From a virus (lineage: Duplodnaviria; Caudoviricetes), in IMG/VR virus record IMGVR_UViG_3300021598_001506, positions 2,408 through 66,407 of that record: DNA of 64,000 bases. One strand, written 5' to 3'. The translations under genes and the position numbers were made by a program. Positions 7,497 through 16,139 of the stretch are shown here, one piece after another. Position 1 is the first letter of the stretch; every line of letters starts with the position of its first letter. The notes beneath the pieces were generated by a model. The model searched no databases. It was not told the origin of the DNA and saw only the letters and a list, made by a program, of their open reading frames with translations.

Positions 7497-8678
7497 ATGT
7501 TGCGCAACCTCAGCGAGTTATTCTTAGCAGCTACTCTTTTAATTTATGTTGTTCCATACATTATTTGGAAAGTCTTTAAAACTGACAACTTTGTCCCACT
7601 ACCAATTATTCAGATTATCTCTGGTCTTCTTCTAGGACCAGCAGTTCTTGGCTCTTTACACCCTGAGTTCTTCAACTACTTATTTACTAAAGACAATATC
7701 AATGTCTTGAGTGGAGTAGCGTGGCTTGGCATCATCTTCTTTGTGTGGTCAGCAGGAGTCCATTTAGATATAAAAGCAGCCTTTACAAATAAGAAAGACA
7801 CCTTCACAACAGCATCACTAGCCTTAACTGGTCCTCTAGTTTTTGGTTCTATCTTTGCTTTTATTATCTATGACCGAGGTCCTTGGGCAGGAGAACAGGC
7901 AGCAACTTGGCAGTTTGTTCTTGCTGTGGGTATGGGCATGGCTGTAACAGCGCTACCAATTTTGGTTTTGTTGATGGAAAAGCTTGGCATTTTTAATGGA
8001 CCTATAGGAAGAAGAGTCCTAACTTATGCAAGCTTAGATGATATTTTTATTTGGGTTGTTTTAGCCATAATCATTATGGATTGGGATAGGTCTCTACGAC
8101 AGCTAATCTTCCTCCCAATTTTTGCTTTGGCAGCTTATGGCTTAAACGCATTAGTAAAGACTCTTAAAAACAAACAAGACATCTGGTACATAACAATTGT
8201 TTGGACTATTGCAGTTGCCCTTGCTGCAGACTGGTCAGGACTGCACTACATCGTAGGTGGTTTTATGGCTGGTGCAGTAATGAAGAAGGAGTGGTTTGAA
8301 GAAAAGCAACTCGAGGTCTTCAAAAACACAGTCTTAATTTTGATGATGCCTACATACTTCTTACTAACTGGGTTAAGGACCAGTTGGGAAGTAAGCGGTA
8401 TTGCAGTTCTTCTCTTGGCTCTTGGTTTGTTTGTTGTTCAGTTTGCTGGGAAGACTACTGGTGTTTTTGTGGCAAGCAAGATTCTAGGTTGGCCTAAGGG
8501 CGAGTGGAAACTTATGGGCACTTTGCTTCAGACAAAGGCTCTTATAGAAATCATATTTGCTACGATTCTTTTGGATAAAGCCATCATTACAGCAGACATG
8601 TTTACAGCTCTCTTGCTTATGGCTGTAATCAGTACGATGGTGACGATACCAATAACCAGAAAGCTTTTAAAAGCTTAA
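7497..8678 (+). CDS. cation:proton antiporter (CPA2/KefB-like membrane domain)
   Basis: many TM helices; GLLLGP, AVTALPIL, ASLDDI, GGFMAG and TGLRT motifs. Confidence 0.88.
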   Translation: MLRNLSELFLAATLLIYVVPYIIWKVFKTDNFVPLPIIQIISGLLLGPAVLGSLHPEFFNYLFTKDNINVLSGVAWLGIIFFVWSAGVHLDIKAAFTNKKDTFTTASLALTGPLVFGSIFAFIIYDRGPWAGEQAATWQFVLAVGMGMAVTALPILVLLMEKLGIFNGPIGRRVLTYASLDDIFIWVVLAIIIMDWDRSLRQLIFLPIFALAAYGLNALVKTLKNKQDIWYITIVWTIAVALAADWSGLHYIVGGFMAGAVMKKEWFEEKQLEVFKNTVLILMMPTYFLLTGLRTSWEVSGIAVLLLALGLFVVQFAGKTTGVFVASKILGWPKGEWKLMGTLLQTKALIEIIFATILLDKAIITADMFTALLLMAVISTMVTIPITRKLLKA

Positions 8679-8974
8679 TCGTGTTTTAGGTTGCTTGGCA
8701 CTTTAGCCAGCTTTCCTACAAACCCTTCTGGTGCATTTTCAAATCCAACCTTTTCATCAAGGTAGCCTTTGATTGCTCGTGGCACAATGAAAGTCAAAAT
8801 TTCTCTTGCCTCACATACGTTGCATCCACAAAACGGTAGACCGCTTTCAGTCTCCACTTCAGAGTTCTCCTCATCCACGGAGTCGTACAAAGCCATCATG
8901 TAGCCTTCCAAACCATTTTGTAGGTCGGTAGCCCAATCTTCATCCCTAATCACAAACTCTTTAATTTCGCTCAT
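8675..8974 (-). CDS. hypothetical protein with CGCxxC motif
   Basis: start moved to ATG8974 (-10 TATGAT 6 nt upstream). Confidence 0.7.
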   Translation of the reverse strand: MSEIKEFVIRDEDWATDLQNGLEGYMMALYDSVDEENSEVETESGLPFCGCNVCEAREILTFIVPRAIKGYLDEKVGFENAPEGFVGKLAKVPSNLKHD

Positions 8975-9005
8975 TCCATCATCATACGCTGCTTCGGCGT
9001 AAAAG

Positions 9006-9025
9006 GGAATGGGAGCCCGGAAAAT
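9006..9025 (+). repeat. dispersed 20-bp motif, copy 2 (GGAATGGGAGCCCGGAAAAT)
   Basis: 19/20 match to consensus; lies between divergent genes. Confidence 0.9.
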
Positions 9026-9081
9026 CACCCTTTGAAAAATAAGAGATAATAGAGTGCCCCTACCAGTAAGAAAGTACCCCC

Positions 9082-9438
9082 ATGCGTGCTGGAGTTCTCA
9101 ATCTACTTGCCCTGCAAGGAAGTACCTTTTCGCGTACCCTCACATGGCAAATTGACGGGCAGCCTGTTAATTTGACTGGATACCAAGCTCGTATGCAAAT
9201 ACGCACAGTTCCAGCCAATATCAAGCCAGCTAGACTGCTATTGAACCTAACCACTGTTAGTAATCGTGGGCTGGTTTTAGATCATGAAAATGGCGGGGTA
9301 ACTATCAGTATCAGTGCAGCAGACACTTCTACACTTCCAGCTGGAAGCCATGTCTATGACTTAGAGCTTGTATCTGGTGACTATGTTCAAAGACTTGTTC
9401 AAGGAAAGTTCGACGTCTCAGCGGAGGTAACTAAGTAA
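9082..9438 (+). CDS. putative virion/fibre adaptor protein
   Basis: QGSTF...NLTGY.ARMQIR...VYDLEL...RLVQGKF pattern typical of small phage structural proteins preceding fibre genes. Confidence 0.6.
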   Translation: MRAGVLNLLALQGSTFSRTLTWQIDGQPVNLTGYQARMQIRTVPANIKPARLLLNLTTVSNRGLVLDHENGGVTISISAADTSTLPAGSHVYDLELVSGDYVQRLVQGKFDVSAEVTK

Positions 9439-9638
9439 TGCCTGATAACAGTTTTATTTATGTTAATGACAGCGCTTCTATTGAAGTAGTTGTCTCTAAC
9501 CTACAAGGACCTCAAGGTCCTCAAGGACCAGTAGGCCCTGCTGGTGGTCTAAGTGAAGGCAATATAGACGGCGGCAGTGCAAGCAGTGTTTACGCAAGAA
9601 CCCAATCAATCAACGGTGGAACGGCAGGTAGCTTCTAA
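9438..9638 (+). CDS. short collagen-like structural protein
   Basis: GPQ/GPV/GPA triplets; IDGG-type motifs; TAATG overlaps on both sides. Confidence 0.65.
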   Translation: MPDNSFIYVNDSASIEVVVSNLQGPQGPQGPVGPAGGLSEGNIDGGSASSVYARTQSINGGTAGSF

Positions 9639-11713
9639 TGGCTCAACAAATCCAACTCAGAAACGACACAACAGCTGGCTGGGAGTATGCAAATCCAGTT
9701 CTTGCTCAAGCAGAGATTGGTATTGATACCACCCTCGGTAAGTTCAAGATTGGTAATGGCACAAGCACTTGGTCCCAGTTGCAGTTCCAAAGCGCAAGCA
9801 TTGCTGATTTTATCTTTGAGTATGACGATAACGAGGGCGACAGCATTATGACTGTCACCGACCACGACATGGTTATTCGTACTGTTCGTGACAATGACTC
9901 TGTTGGCTCAGACTGTGACGTCAACATTGAAGCAGCCGATGATGTATTTATCCGTGCCTTCGGGGATGAAATTGGTATTTATGCAAGTGATGAAGTCGAA
10001 ATTAGAACTAATAACTATGACGGACAGGGAACTGGAAGCGGTGGTAATGATTCACACTCGTGGAGATTTGATAGAAATGGACACATCGAGTTTCCAGACG
10101 GAACTATTCAAACTACCTCTGCACAAGGAATTACCCCTCTTACAAGCTTCCTAACTTGGAGAGAAGGAAGAACTCATCTTCCAGACCTAAACACACACTT
10201 TGGTTGGAACTCTCAGGGTCTTTGGTTTCAGAATGCAAGCGAAGCAAATGGAATAAATTCCTACCCAGTATTTACAGACTTTACTATTCCACAAGACAGT
10301 GCTGTAGTTGTTGAATTTGACGTCAACATCAACGATGAATGCTCTGATGTAGGCGTTTGCGTCTATGTAGATGAAACAACCCCTCAATGGGCTTGGGAAC
10401 CAAACCTAACAAGAATTGCTGCTCAGTTTGACTGCACGAACCTAGAACTTATAGGTCGCACCAATGAGGTAGTTGGACAAGCTAGTGTGCCAGACCCTGG
10501 ATTCTACAGAGTTGTTTTTTCGTATAACCCAAATGCCTCCACTGACAAAGTAACCGTTTCATACAAGGCAGGAGACTCTGACCAAGTTATTGAAACACTA
10601 ACTCTCGATGAGGCCCTACCTGCTGGTCCTTACCGAATTGGTTTTGCAGCAGACCAGAACTCTTCAAGCGTAAAAACCTACATGACTTACATGTCAATCG
10701 ATGTTGCAGGTGGCAGTAGCTACGGCTCTGACCTAGATTATGGCAACTCTGGAACTACATCAGATGCAGACCTTGTTCTCCCAGTAGCCATCAAGGACGG
10801 CGATGGCGATGACTTCATCACCTTCACAAGAACTTCAAACAACACTGCTCGCATTGCAACTCCACAAGACGACCTTTCACTTCGCTCTGCAAGAGATATC
10901 ACCCTGATTGCTGGAAGCGATGGTCCAGGAAATGTCTACATCGGCTGGGGCGATGCAACAATCAGCCCTAACGCAAGCAACAGAGTTGCAACTATTGGCG
11001 ACATCCCAAACGCTGAACTGGTTAGCACTGCCAATAACAGTGCTAGTTATGGAATTTATCAGGCAGCTGGATTTACAGAAGTGACAACTGAAGCGTCTAC
11101 ATCTTTAACTGGTGTTATCTACACATTAGGAGCAGCTTCAAACGTTGACTCTGTTAATTTTAGTATAGGCGGGGAACAGCACAACCTACTTAATGGAAGC
11201 CCTTACCTAAGACGAATCTACATAACTGATGAGTCCAATACTGTAAGGATTTTAAGAAGCCCTAGTTATGTAGGAACTACTGAAGGTGGTTTCGAGTGGA
11301 GCTTTGAGTGTGACCTATCTCTAGAGCTTCTTAACGCCACTAACTATAATATGACTATTGAATATGCTGGTGCACCAACTGTTTGGTGGGATTCAGATGT
11401 TGTCAATCCTTCAGGAGTGGGGTCTTTCTCAAACGGAAACTTCCGTGGAGCAAAGATTGAGTACCACGCTTATGTATCTGACTCAGGAACCCACATCGGA
11501 ACTATCTACATAGCAAATGATTCTGACGATAACAACGTCACTCACATTGAAACCTCAAGTGGTGGAAGTGATGTCGGAACTGCCGTTTTCTGGGATAGAA
11601 GTAGTGGCAACGAAACACAGCTTTCTCTATACAGAATTGATGGTGAATCAGTTATCCACAAGATACAGTGGACTGCCCAGATGTATTACTCAACTGAAGT
11701 TTACAACGACTAG
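9638..11713 (+). CDS. tail fibre/receptor-binding protein with Mtd-like N-terminal domain
   Basis: IQLRNDT...W...NPVLAQAEIGIDT...KFKIGNG...W N-terminus; FPDGTIQTT motif. Confidence 0.75.
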   Translation: MAQQIQLRNDTTAGWEYANPVLAQAEIGIDTTLGKFKIGNGTSTWSQLQFQSASIADFIFEYDDNEGDSIMTVTDHDMVIRTVRDNDSVGSDCDVNIEAADDVFIRAFGDEIGIYASDEVEIRTNNYDGQGTGSGGNDSHSWRFDRNGHIEFPDGTIQTTSAQGITPLTSFLTWREGRTHLPDLNTHFGWNSQGLWFQNASEANGINSYPVFTDFTIPQDSAVVVEFDVNINDECSDVGVCVYVDETTPQWAWEPNLTRIAAQFDCTNLELIGRTNEVVGQASVPDPGFYRVVFSYNPNASTDKVTVSYKAGDSDQVIETLTLDEALPAGPYRIGFAADQNSSSVKTYMTYMSIDVAGGSSYGSDLDYGNSGTTSDADLVLPVAIKDGDGDDFITFTRTSNNTARIATPQDDLSLRSARDITLIAGSDGPGNVYIGWGDATISPNASNRVATIGDIPNAELVSTANNSASYGIYQAAGFTEVTTEASTSLTGVIYTLGAASNVDSVNFSIGGEQHNLLNGSPYLRRIYITDESNTVRILRSPSYVGTTEGGFEWSFECDLSLELLNATNYNMTIEYAGAPTVWWDSDVVNPSGVGSFSNGNFRGAKIEYHAYVSDSGTHIGTIYIANDSDDNNVTHIETSSGGSDVGTAVFWDRSSGNETQLSLYRIDGESVIHKIQWTAQMYYSTEVYND

Positions 11714-11723
11714 GAGATAGAAA

Positions 11724-12782
11724 ATGGCAAAGCTGAATAAAATTGTAACTAGTCAGATTGAAAGCAGTACTGGCGCTAGACACGAAACAAATACCTACTC
11801 CTATGATTCAGATGGCATACTTGTCCGACACGACAATGACCGTGTAGGCCAGCCAGTAGTGGGTCCTGGTGTTGTCTATGGTGCTAACAAAGACAGTGCA
11901 GACGAAAGCGGTCTTAACACAATTAAGCTCGTTCCAAACGAAGAACTTGTATCTACTACAAACCAATACCTAGTCATCGAGCCAACTCTGCCTAACCACA
12001 TCCACATTCGTGCTGGTGGTACGCAAGATGATTCCAATGCAACTCTTTATCTTGGTGCGGAAAGAAACGCTGTTGTAGTATCTGATGACCAAAGAGCAGT
12101 TGAAATCACAACAAGACCAGCAAGACGAACTGAAACTTACACAAACGTAGCTGGGACTGGTGGTGCACAGTTTATAGCAGCATATCAAGCAGGATATCAA
12201 CTAACTGTTGGCTGGAAGGTGCTTATTGAAAACACTGAGTACACCGTATCAGTAGTTGAAAGCGATACTCCTTCTGAAGGTTATCTAACTCTCACACTAG
12301 AGGGAGTAAACAATATTGCAGATGGTGTATACACATTCACTTATGAGGAAACATATAACAATACTTGGACATTTACCAACGACGGTTATCTATCTGGCCC
12401 AGCAATGGGTGGCTTATTTGCTACAGGAATTATGAATTTCCAAAGTGATTTGTACCTTCAGTCAAACAATAACGTCAATATCCAAAGCGGTGATGACCAT
12501 AACATCTACCTAAGCCCAGGCAGTGGCGGAAAAATCTTCCTTGAGCCAGCAGTAGACCATGTATATGTTGGAACCGAATTCCCAGCGAACAAGGTTGTAA
12601 CAGTTGGAGCTATGCCATACCTTGCTGCTGCAGTGCCAACATCTTCTCTCGGTGAAGAAGGAGATAAAGTGGGTCTTGTTGCAGATGATGCAAACTACCA
12701 CTACTACTGCACAGGAACCTATAACGGAACTACCCACATCTGGAAGCGCATCGCTTGGGACGCTGGAACTTGGGGAGACTAA
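11724..12782 (+). CDS. putative fibre/structural protein
   Basis: beta-rich; C-terminal PTSS.G..GDK.G....D.NY.YYC.......WKR module typical of phage fibres. Confidence 0.6.
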   Translation: MAKLNKIVTSQIESSTGARHETNTYSYDSDGILVRHDNDRVGQPVVGPGVVYGANKDSADESGLNTIKLVPNEELVSTTNQYLVIEPTLPNHIHIRAGGTQDDSNATLYLGAERNAVVVSDDQRAVEITTRPARRTETYTNVAGTGGAQFIAAYQAGYQLTVGWKVLIENTEYTVSVVESDTPSEGYLTLTLEGVNNIADGVYTFTYEETYNNTWTFTNDGYLSGPAMGGLFATGIMNFQSDLYLQSNNNVNIQSGDDHNIYLSPGSGGKIFLEPAVDHVYVGTEFPANKVVTVGAMPYLAAAVPTSSLGEEGDKVGLVADDANYHYYCTGTYNGTTHIWKRIAWDAGTWGD

Positions 12783-12793
12783 CCCCCTCCCCT

Positions 12794-12833
12794 AAAACCC
12801 CTCTCATCCTCGGATGCGGGGGGTTTTTCTTTT
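12794..12833 (+). terminator. intrinsic terminator
   Basis: AAAACCCCTC.CATCC-TC-GGATG.GGGGGGTTTT hairpin plus T-tract. Confidence 0.75.
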
Positions 12834-12836
12834 AAC

Positions 12837-12856
12837 GGAACGGGAGCCCGGAAAAT
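12837..12856 (+). repeat. dispersed 20-bp motif, copy 3
   Basis: GGAACGGGAGCCCGGAAAAT, exact consensus. Confidence 0.95.
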
Positions 12857-12881
12857 AGGGTTTTTATGCTAGCCTCATTCC

Positions 12882-13019
12882 ATGATTGAATTCCTTAAAA
12901 AGCTTTTCTGTAAACACCCAATCACCACTCAAAGCTCCTGCCCTTTCACCATGAAGGATTACGACATCTGCATCGCATGCGGAAAGGTTTCAGAACGGAA
13001 CGGGAGCCCGGAAAATTGA
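12882..13019 (+). CDS. 45-aa Cys-rich protein (not in ORF track)
   Basis: MIEFLKKLFCKH...CPF...CIACGK...; leaderless -10 TAGCCT at 12870-12875. Confidence 0.65.
   Translation: MIEFLKKLFCKHPITTQSSCPFTMKDYDICIACGKVSERNGSPEN
12997..13016 (+). repeat. dispersed 20-bp motif, copy 4
   Basis: exact consensus; ends on the first base of the TTG start of the methyltransferase. Confidence 0.95.
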
Positions 13020-13804
13020 TTTCCGAGCCATATAAGGACATTCCTAAAGAGATAGTGAATGTTCTTGAAGACCTTATTACCCCTGAAGACTCATACCATC
13101 AGGGGCATAAGCGTCGTATGGCTCGCACCCTTGATGTACTTCTCAAAGAGAAACCAAAAGGCAAGCTACTAGAGCTCGGAACTTCAAAAGTTATTCCGTT
13201 GTCACTTCAGCAGCTAGCTCCAGATTTAGAAGTTCATGTTACCGATTTTGATAAAAACCTGCCTTTAAGTGGTACTTCAACTATCTCAATCAAGGATAAA
13301 ACCCTCAAAGCAACGACATACAGGGTTGACTTGGAGACAGAGGCTGTCCCTGTTGAAGATGCCACTTTTGATGTAGTTATCTGCTGCGAAGTCATAGAAC
13401 ACATGGAGTTAGACCCCATGTTTATGTTGGCTGAGATAAATCGAGTTTTGAAGCCAAATGGAAAGCTGATCCTCACCACACCAAACATCACCAGCTCACG
13501 GGCCCTATACAAGATGCTTCGAGGAACAGATCCATACTTTTACATGCAATACCGACACAAGCCAGCTTTGTATCGCCACAACTACGAATACAGCGAATAC
13601 TCACTACGCCAAGTAGTCAAGGCAGCAGGGTTCTCAGGTCAAGTATGGACAGAGGATTCTTTTGAAGATGGAGTGACGGAAGATATCACCCGCCTACGAC
13701 AGCTTGGCTACCCACTTACCTCAATCGGGGACAACATCTTTGCAACCCTCACCAAAACTCGTGGAGTTGTAAATCGTTATCCCTCAGTAATCTACGCAGA
13801 CTAA
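13016..13804 (+). CDS. class I SAM-dependent methyltransferase
   Basis: LLELGT, FDVVICCEVIEH and RVLKPNGKLILTTPN motifs; probable TTG start overlapping the upstream TGA (ORF track starts at 12977). Confidence 0.85.
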   Translation: MISEPYKDIPKEIVNVLEDLITPEDSYHQGHKRRMARTLDVLLKEKPKGKLLELGTSKVIPLSLQQLAPDLEVHVTDFDKNLPLSGTSTISIKDKTLKATTYRVDLETEAVPVEDATFDVVICCEVIEHMELDPMFMLAEINRVLKPNGKLILTTPNITSSRALYKMLRGTDPYFYMQYRHKPALYRHNYEYSEYSLRQVVKAAGFSGQVWTEDSFEDGVTEDITRLRQLGYPLTSIGDNIFATLTKTRGVVNRYPSVIYAD

Positions 13805-13808
13805 TAAC

Positions 13809-13828
13809 GGAACGGGAGCCCGGAAAAA
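13809..13828 (+). repeat. dispersed 20-bp motif, copy 5
   Basis: GGAACGGGAGCCCGGAAAAA running straight into ATG13828. Confidence 0.95.
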
Positions 13829-14001
13829 TGACTAAATGCACAAAGAAAGGTTTTCAAAGCAGGGAGCTGGCTGACAGGATGGTTCAAATGAAGAACTACT
13901 CTGAAACCAAAAAAGGAAGGCCAGCCAAGTACTTTTTGCACCCCTGCGATGCCTGTAACCATTGGCATGTCTTAAAAGCACGCTCAGCTCGTACTATCTG
14001 A
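13828..14001 (+). CDS. 57-aa basic protein with C...CxxC.HWH zinc-finger-like motif (not in ORF track)
   Basis: MTKCTKKGF...PCDACNHWHV... Confidence 0.6.
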   Translation: MTKCTKKGFQSRELADRMVQMKNYSETKKGRPAKYFLHPCDACNHWHVLKARSARTI

Positions 14002-14005
14002 ACTT
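13979..14005 (+). repeat. 27-bp direct repeat, copy A
   Basis: CACGCTCAGCTCGTACTATCTGAACTT; 25/27 identical to 15258-15284. Confidence 0.85.
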
Positions 14006-14007
14006 GA

Positions 14008-14265
14008 CTATTTTGTTGAAGGTTTTGCTTTTTTAAGCCTTAGTCCTTTTAGTTTCAAGATTGCAGGTTTTTCTGAATACTTAACCCACTCATAGACAAA
14101 GATGCATCCAGCGATTAAGAAGCCCAAGGATTCTGCTTGAACTATGTAATAGGTGGTTGGGTCTACTAGGTAGGTTTCCCAAGGGAAGGTGTATGCAACT
14201 ACAGGAAATGCAATTGCATTTCCAAACACCACAGCCGAGACGATGCTTTTATATACGTTTGTCAT
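14008..14265 (-). CDS. two-TM membrane protein
   Basis: two hydrophobic segments and a basic tail; SD-like AGAGG upstream. Confidence 0.65.
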   Translation of the reverse strand: MTNVYKSIVSAVVFGNAIAFPVVAYTFPWETYLVDPTTYYIVQAESLGFLIAGCIFVYEWVKYSEKPAILKLKGLRLKKAKPSTK

Positions 14266-14282
14266 TGTGTCTTTTTCCTCTA

Positions 14283-15044
14283 CTAATTGTTAGTTTCAAC
14301 AATTCGAGTATAGGTAATTACAACGTCTCCATTACCTTTACCCCATTTGCTGATAGATGTAATTTCTGTCTTGTCACCTCTTTTACCGCCAGAGTGGAGC
14401 ATCTCATCTGGTCCAGTGTAAATGGCAGTATGGAAGGCTCCGCTAGAGCCTTTGTAGGTGAATGCGACTATGTCTCCGATTTTAGGCTCATCAACAAAGG
14501 TTCCCGCTTCTTTTTGAGCAGAAGCGCTGTGATAGAGGTTGATTCCCAAGTGGGCGTATGTCCAGAGCACAAGCCCCGAACAGTCCCAAGCATCAGGGGT
14601 AGAGCCACCTAGGGCGTACCATGTTTTACCGACATAGTTTTTGGTACGGGCGATTGCCGTATTGAGGTTCTTTGTGTCGTTAGCTATCTTTTCCAAGCGA
14701 GCAATCTCTGCCTCAAGTTCGGCTTGCTTGCGCTCAGCATCTGATTCAAGTTTGTCTTGTCTTGCTTTTTCTTGAGCCATCCAGTCAATAGAACCGATTT
14801 CAGGAGTTTCTATCCTGATAACGGGCCCACCTACTACGGATGACACTTTTACTGGCCCCGAAAGGATGTCTGTGACCTGCACAGGATTGACAATCTTTGG
14901 AGCTGGGATTGTTACTAGTTGTTCTTTTGTTACTTCTTGAATCTGTTCTGGTACCGCTTCTGCAAGAGCAAAAGCAGCACTTGTACCTGTAGTTATTACT
15001 AGTGCTGTCATTGCACCAGCTGTAATGAAACTTTTCCTTTTCAT
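14283..15044 (-). CDS. secreted NlpC/P60 peptidoglycan endopeptidase with coiled coil
   Basis: signal peptide; Y..GG....WDCSGLV catalytic Cys, HTAIY and MLHS. Confidence 0.9.
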   Translation of the reverse strand: MKRKSFITAGAMTALVITTGTSAAFALAEAVPEQIQEVTKEQLVTIPAPKIVNPVQVTDILSGPVKVSSVVGGPVIRIETPEIGSIDWMAQEKARQDKLESDAERKQAELEAEIARLEKIANDTKNLNTAIARTKNYVGKTWYALGGSTPDAWDCSGLVLWTYAHLGINLYHSASAQKEAGTFVDEPKIGDIVAFTYKGSSGAFHTAIYTGPDEMLHSGGKRGDKTEITSISKWGKGNGDVVITYTRIVETNN

Positions 15045-15128
15045 TTGGCGACCTACCTTTCCTTGGTAGTTAGTACTCGGTCGTTGAGTGTTGAGGTGTT
15101 CCTATTAAGTTGTTCGTCCACCATAGCA

Positions 15129-15144
15129 TGTGACCCACGTCACA
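15129..15144. promoter_or_regulatory. CRP/GlxR-type binding site within the NlpC/P60 promoter
   Basis: perfect TGTGA-N6-TCACA (TGTGACCCACGTCACA), 3 nt upstream of the minus-strand -10 TATGGT (15120-15125). Confidence 0.7.
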
Positions 15145-15257
15145 TACAACCTCATTTGGCTTAAAATCTAAACTTTCTATAATAAATACCCCTTTTACTA
15201 GCAGGGATGTATGGGAAAAACGGGGAAAACCCATTTTGACTCTAAAAAAGCCAAATA

Positions 15258-15284
15258 CACGCTCAGTTCGTACGATCTGAACTT
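15258..15284 (+). repeat. 27-bp direct repeat, copy B (contains imperfect 18-bp palindrome)
   Basis: CACGCTCAGTTCGTACGATCTGAACTT. Confidence 0.85.
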
Positions 15285-15353
15285 TATCATACCTTTAAAA
15301 AACACCCCTCTTGGGTGTTGTAATTTAGAATTAAGTTACTATAAACTAATAGC

Positions 15354-15848
15354 GTGGTAGAACCTTACGAGAAGAGTACGGGCTTTTATTCAAGCTCAAC
15401 GGCTATGTCATCCCTTGATGACACTTGGTCTACGCCAAGAAGTTACTATGCCAAGGTAGATGCAGAGTTCCACTTTGCATTAGATGCTGCAGCGTTGCAG
15501 TCATCTACTTTGGTGTTAGATAACTGGTACGGACCAGACCATCCTCAGATAGACAGACAAGACGCTTTCCAGCGTGATTGGACTGCTGATGCCCAAGGTG
15601 GTGCTATTTGGCTTAATCCTCCTTATGGCAAGACCATCAAGGACTGGATGAGAAAGGCTGATGCTGAATCTCAAAAAGGAGCCACGGTTGTGTGCCTAGT
15701 GCCAGCAAGAACTGACACTGCTTGGTTTCACGACTACGCAATACACCACGAAGTTCGTTTTATTCGTGGAAGGCTGAAGTTTGGTAACTCGACCAATGCA
15801 GCCCCCTTCCCCAGCGCTTTGGTGGTCATGAGACCACTAAACAGATAG
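15354..15848 (+). CDS. phage DNA N6-adenine methyltransferase (Dam-like)
   Basis: WSTP, F.LDAAA, WLNPPYG, LVPARTDT.WF and RGRLKF motifs. Confidence 0.88.
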   Translation: MVEPYEKSTGFYSSSTAMSSLDDTWSTPRSYYAKVDAEFHFALDAAALQSSTLVLDNWYGPDHPQIDRQDAFQRDWTADAQGGAIWLNPPYGKTIKDWMRKADAESQKGATVVCLVPARTDTAWFHDYAIHHEVRFIRGRLKFGNSTNAAPFPSALVVMRPLNR

Positions 15849-15861
15849 AAAGGTAGTAATT

Positions 15862-16092
15862 ATGAATATCGATTGGCAAGCACCTTTTAAGTTGGCCTTT
15901 GATTTAGGTCTTTTCCTTATTGGTTCACTTTTAGTAGTAATTATTGTTGGGTTCTGTCTTCTTTTGCTTTATGCAATTGTCAAGACCTTCTTCCAAGCTT
16001 TTACTCGTGCCAAGGCAAATGTTGAGGGTAAGCACTCGAAGCCTAAGAAAAAAGAAGAGCCAAAGCCAAACCATCTAAAGCCAGTTCAGTAG
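15862..16092 (+). CDS. small membrane protein
   Basis: long hydrophobic helix and basic tail; SD GAAAGG. Confidence 0.65.
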   Translation: MNIDWQAPFKLAFDLGLFLIGSLLVVIIVGFCLLLLYAIVKTFFQAFTRAKANVEGKHSKPKKKEEPKPNHLKPVQ

Positions 16093-16139
16093 AAATGAAA
16101 CCTGATTGCCCCCAATGCCACACAGGAAGGTGTTTACAT

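Noticed and set aside
9638-11713. Diversity-generating retroelement suggested by the Mtd-like N-terminus
   Set aside because: No reverse transcriptase and no adenine-variant TR/VR pair seen in the window; this N-terminal domain is common in ordinary fibres
12837-13828. 20-bp repeats as a CRISPR array
   Set aside because: Spacing is 160 bp to several kb and the intervening DNA encodes genes
15045-15250. c-di-AMP (ydaO) riboswitch before NlpC/P60
   Set aside because: Predicted leader is only ~70 nt and lacks the ydaO consensus
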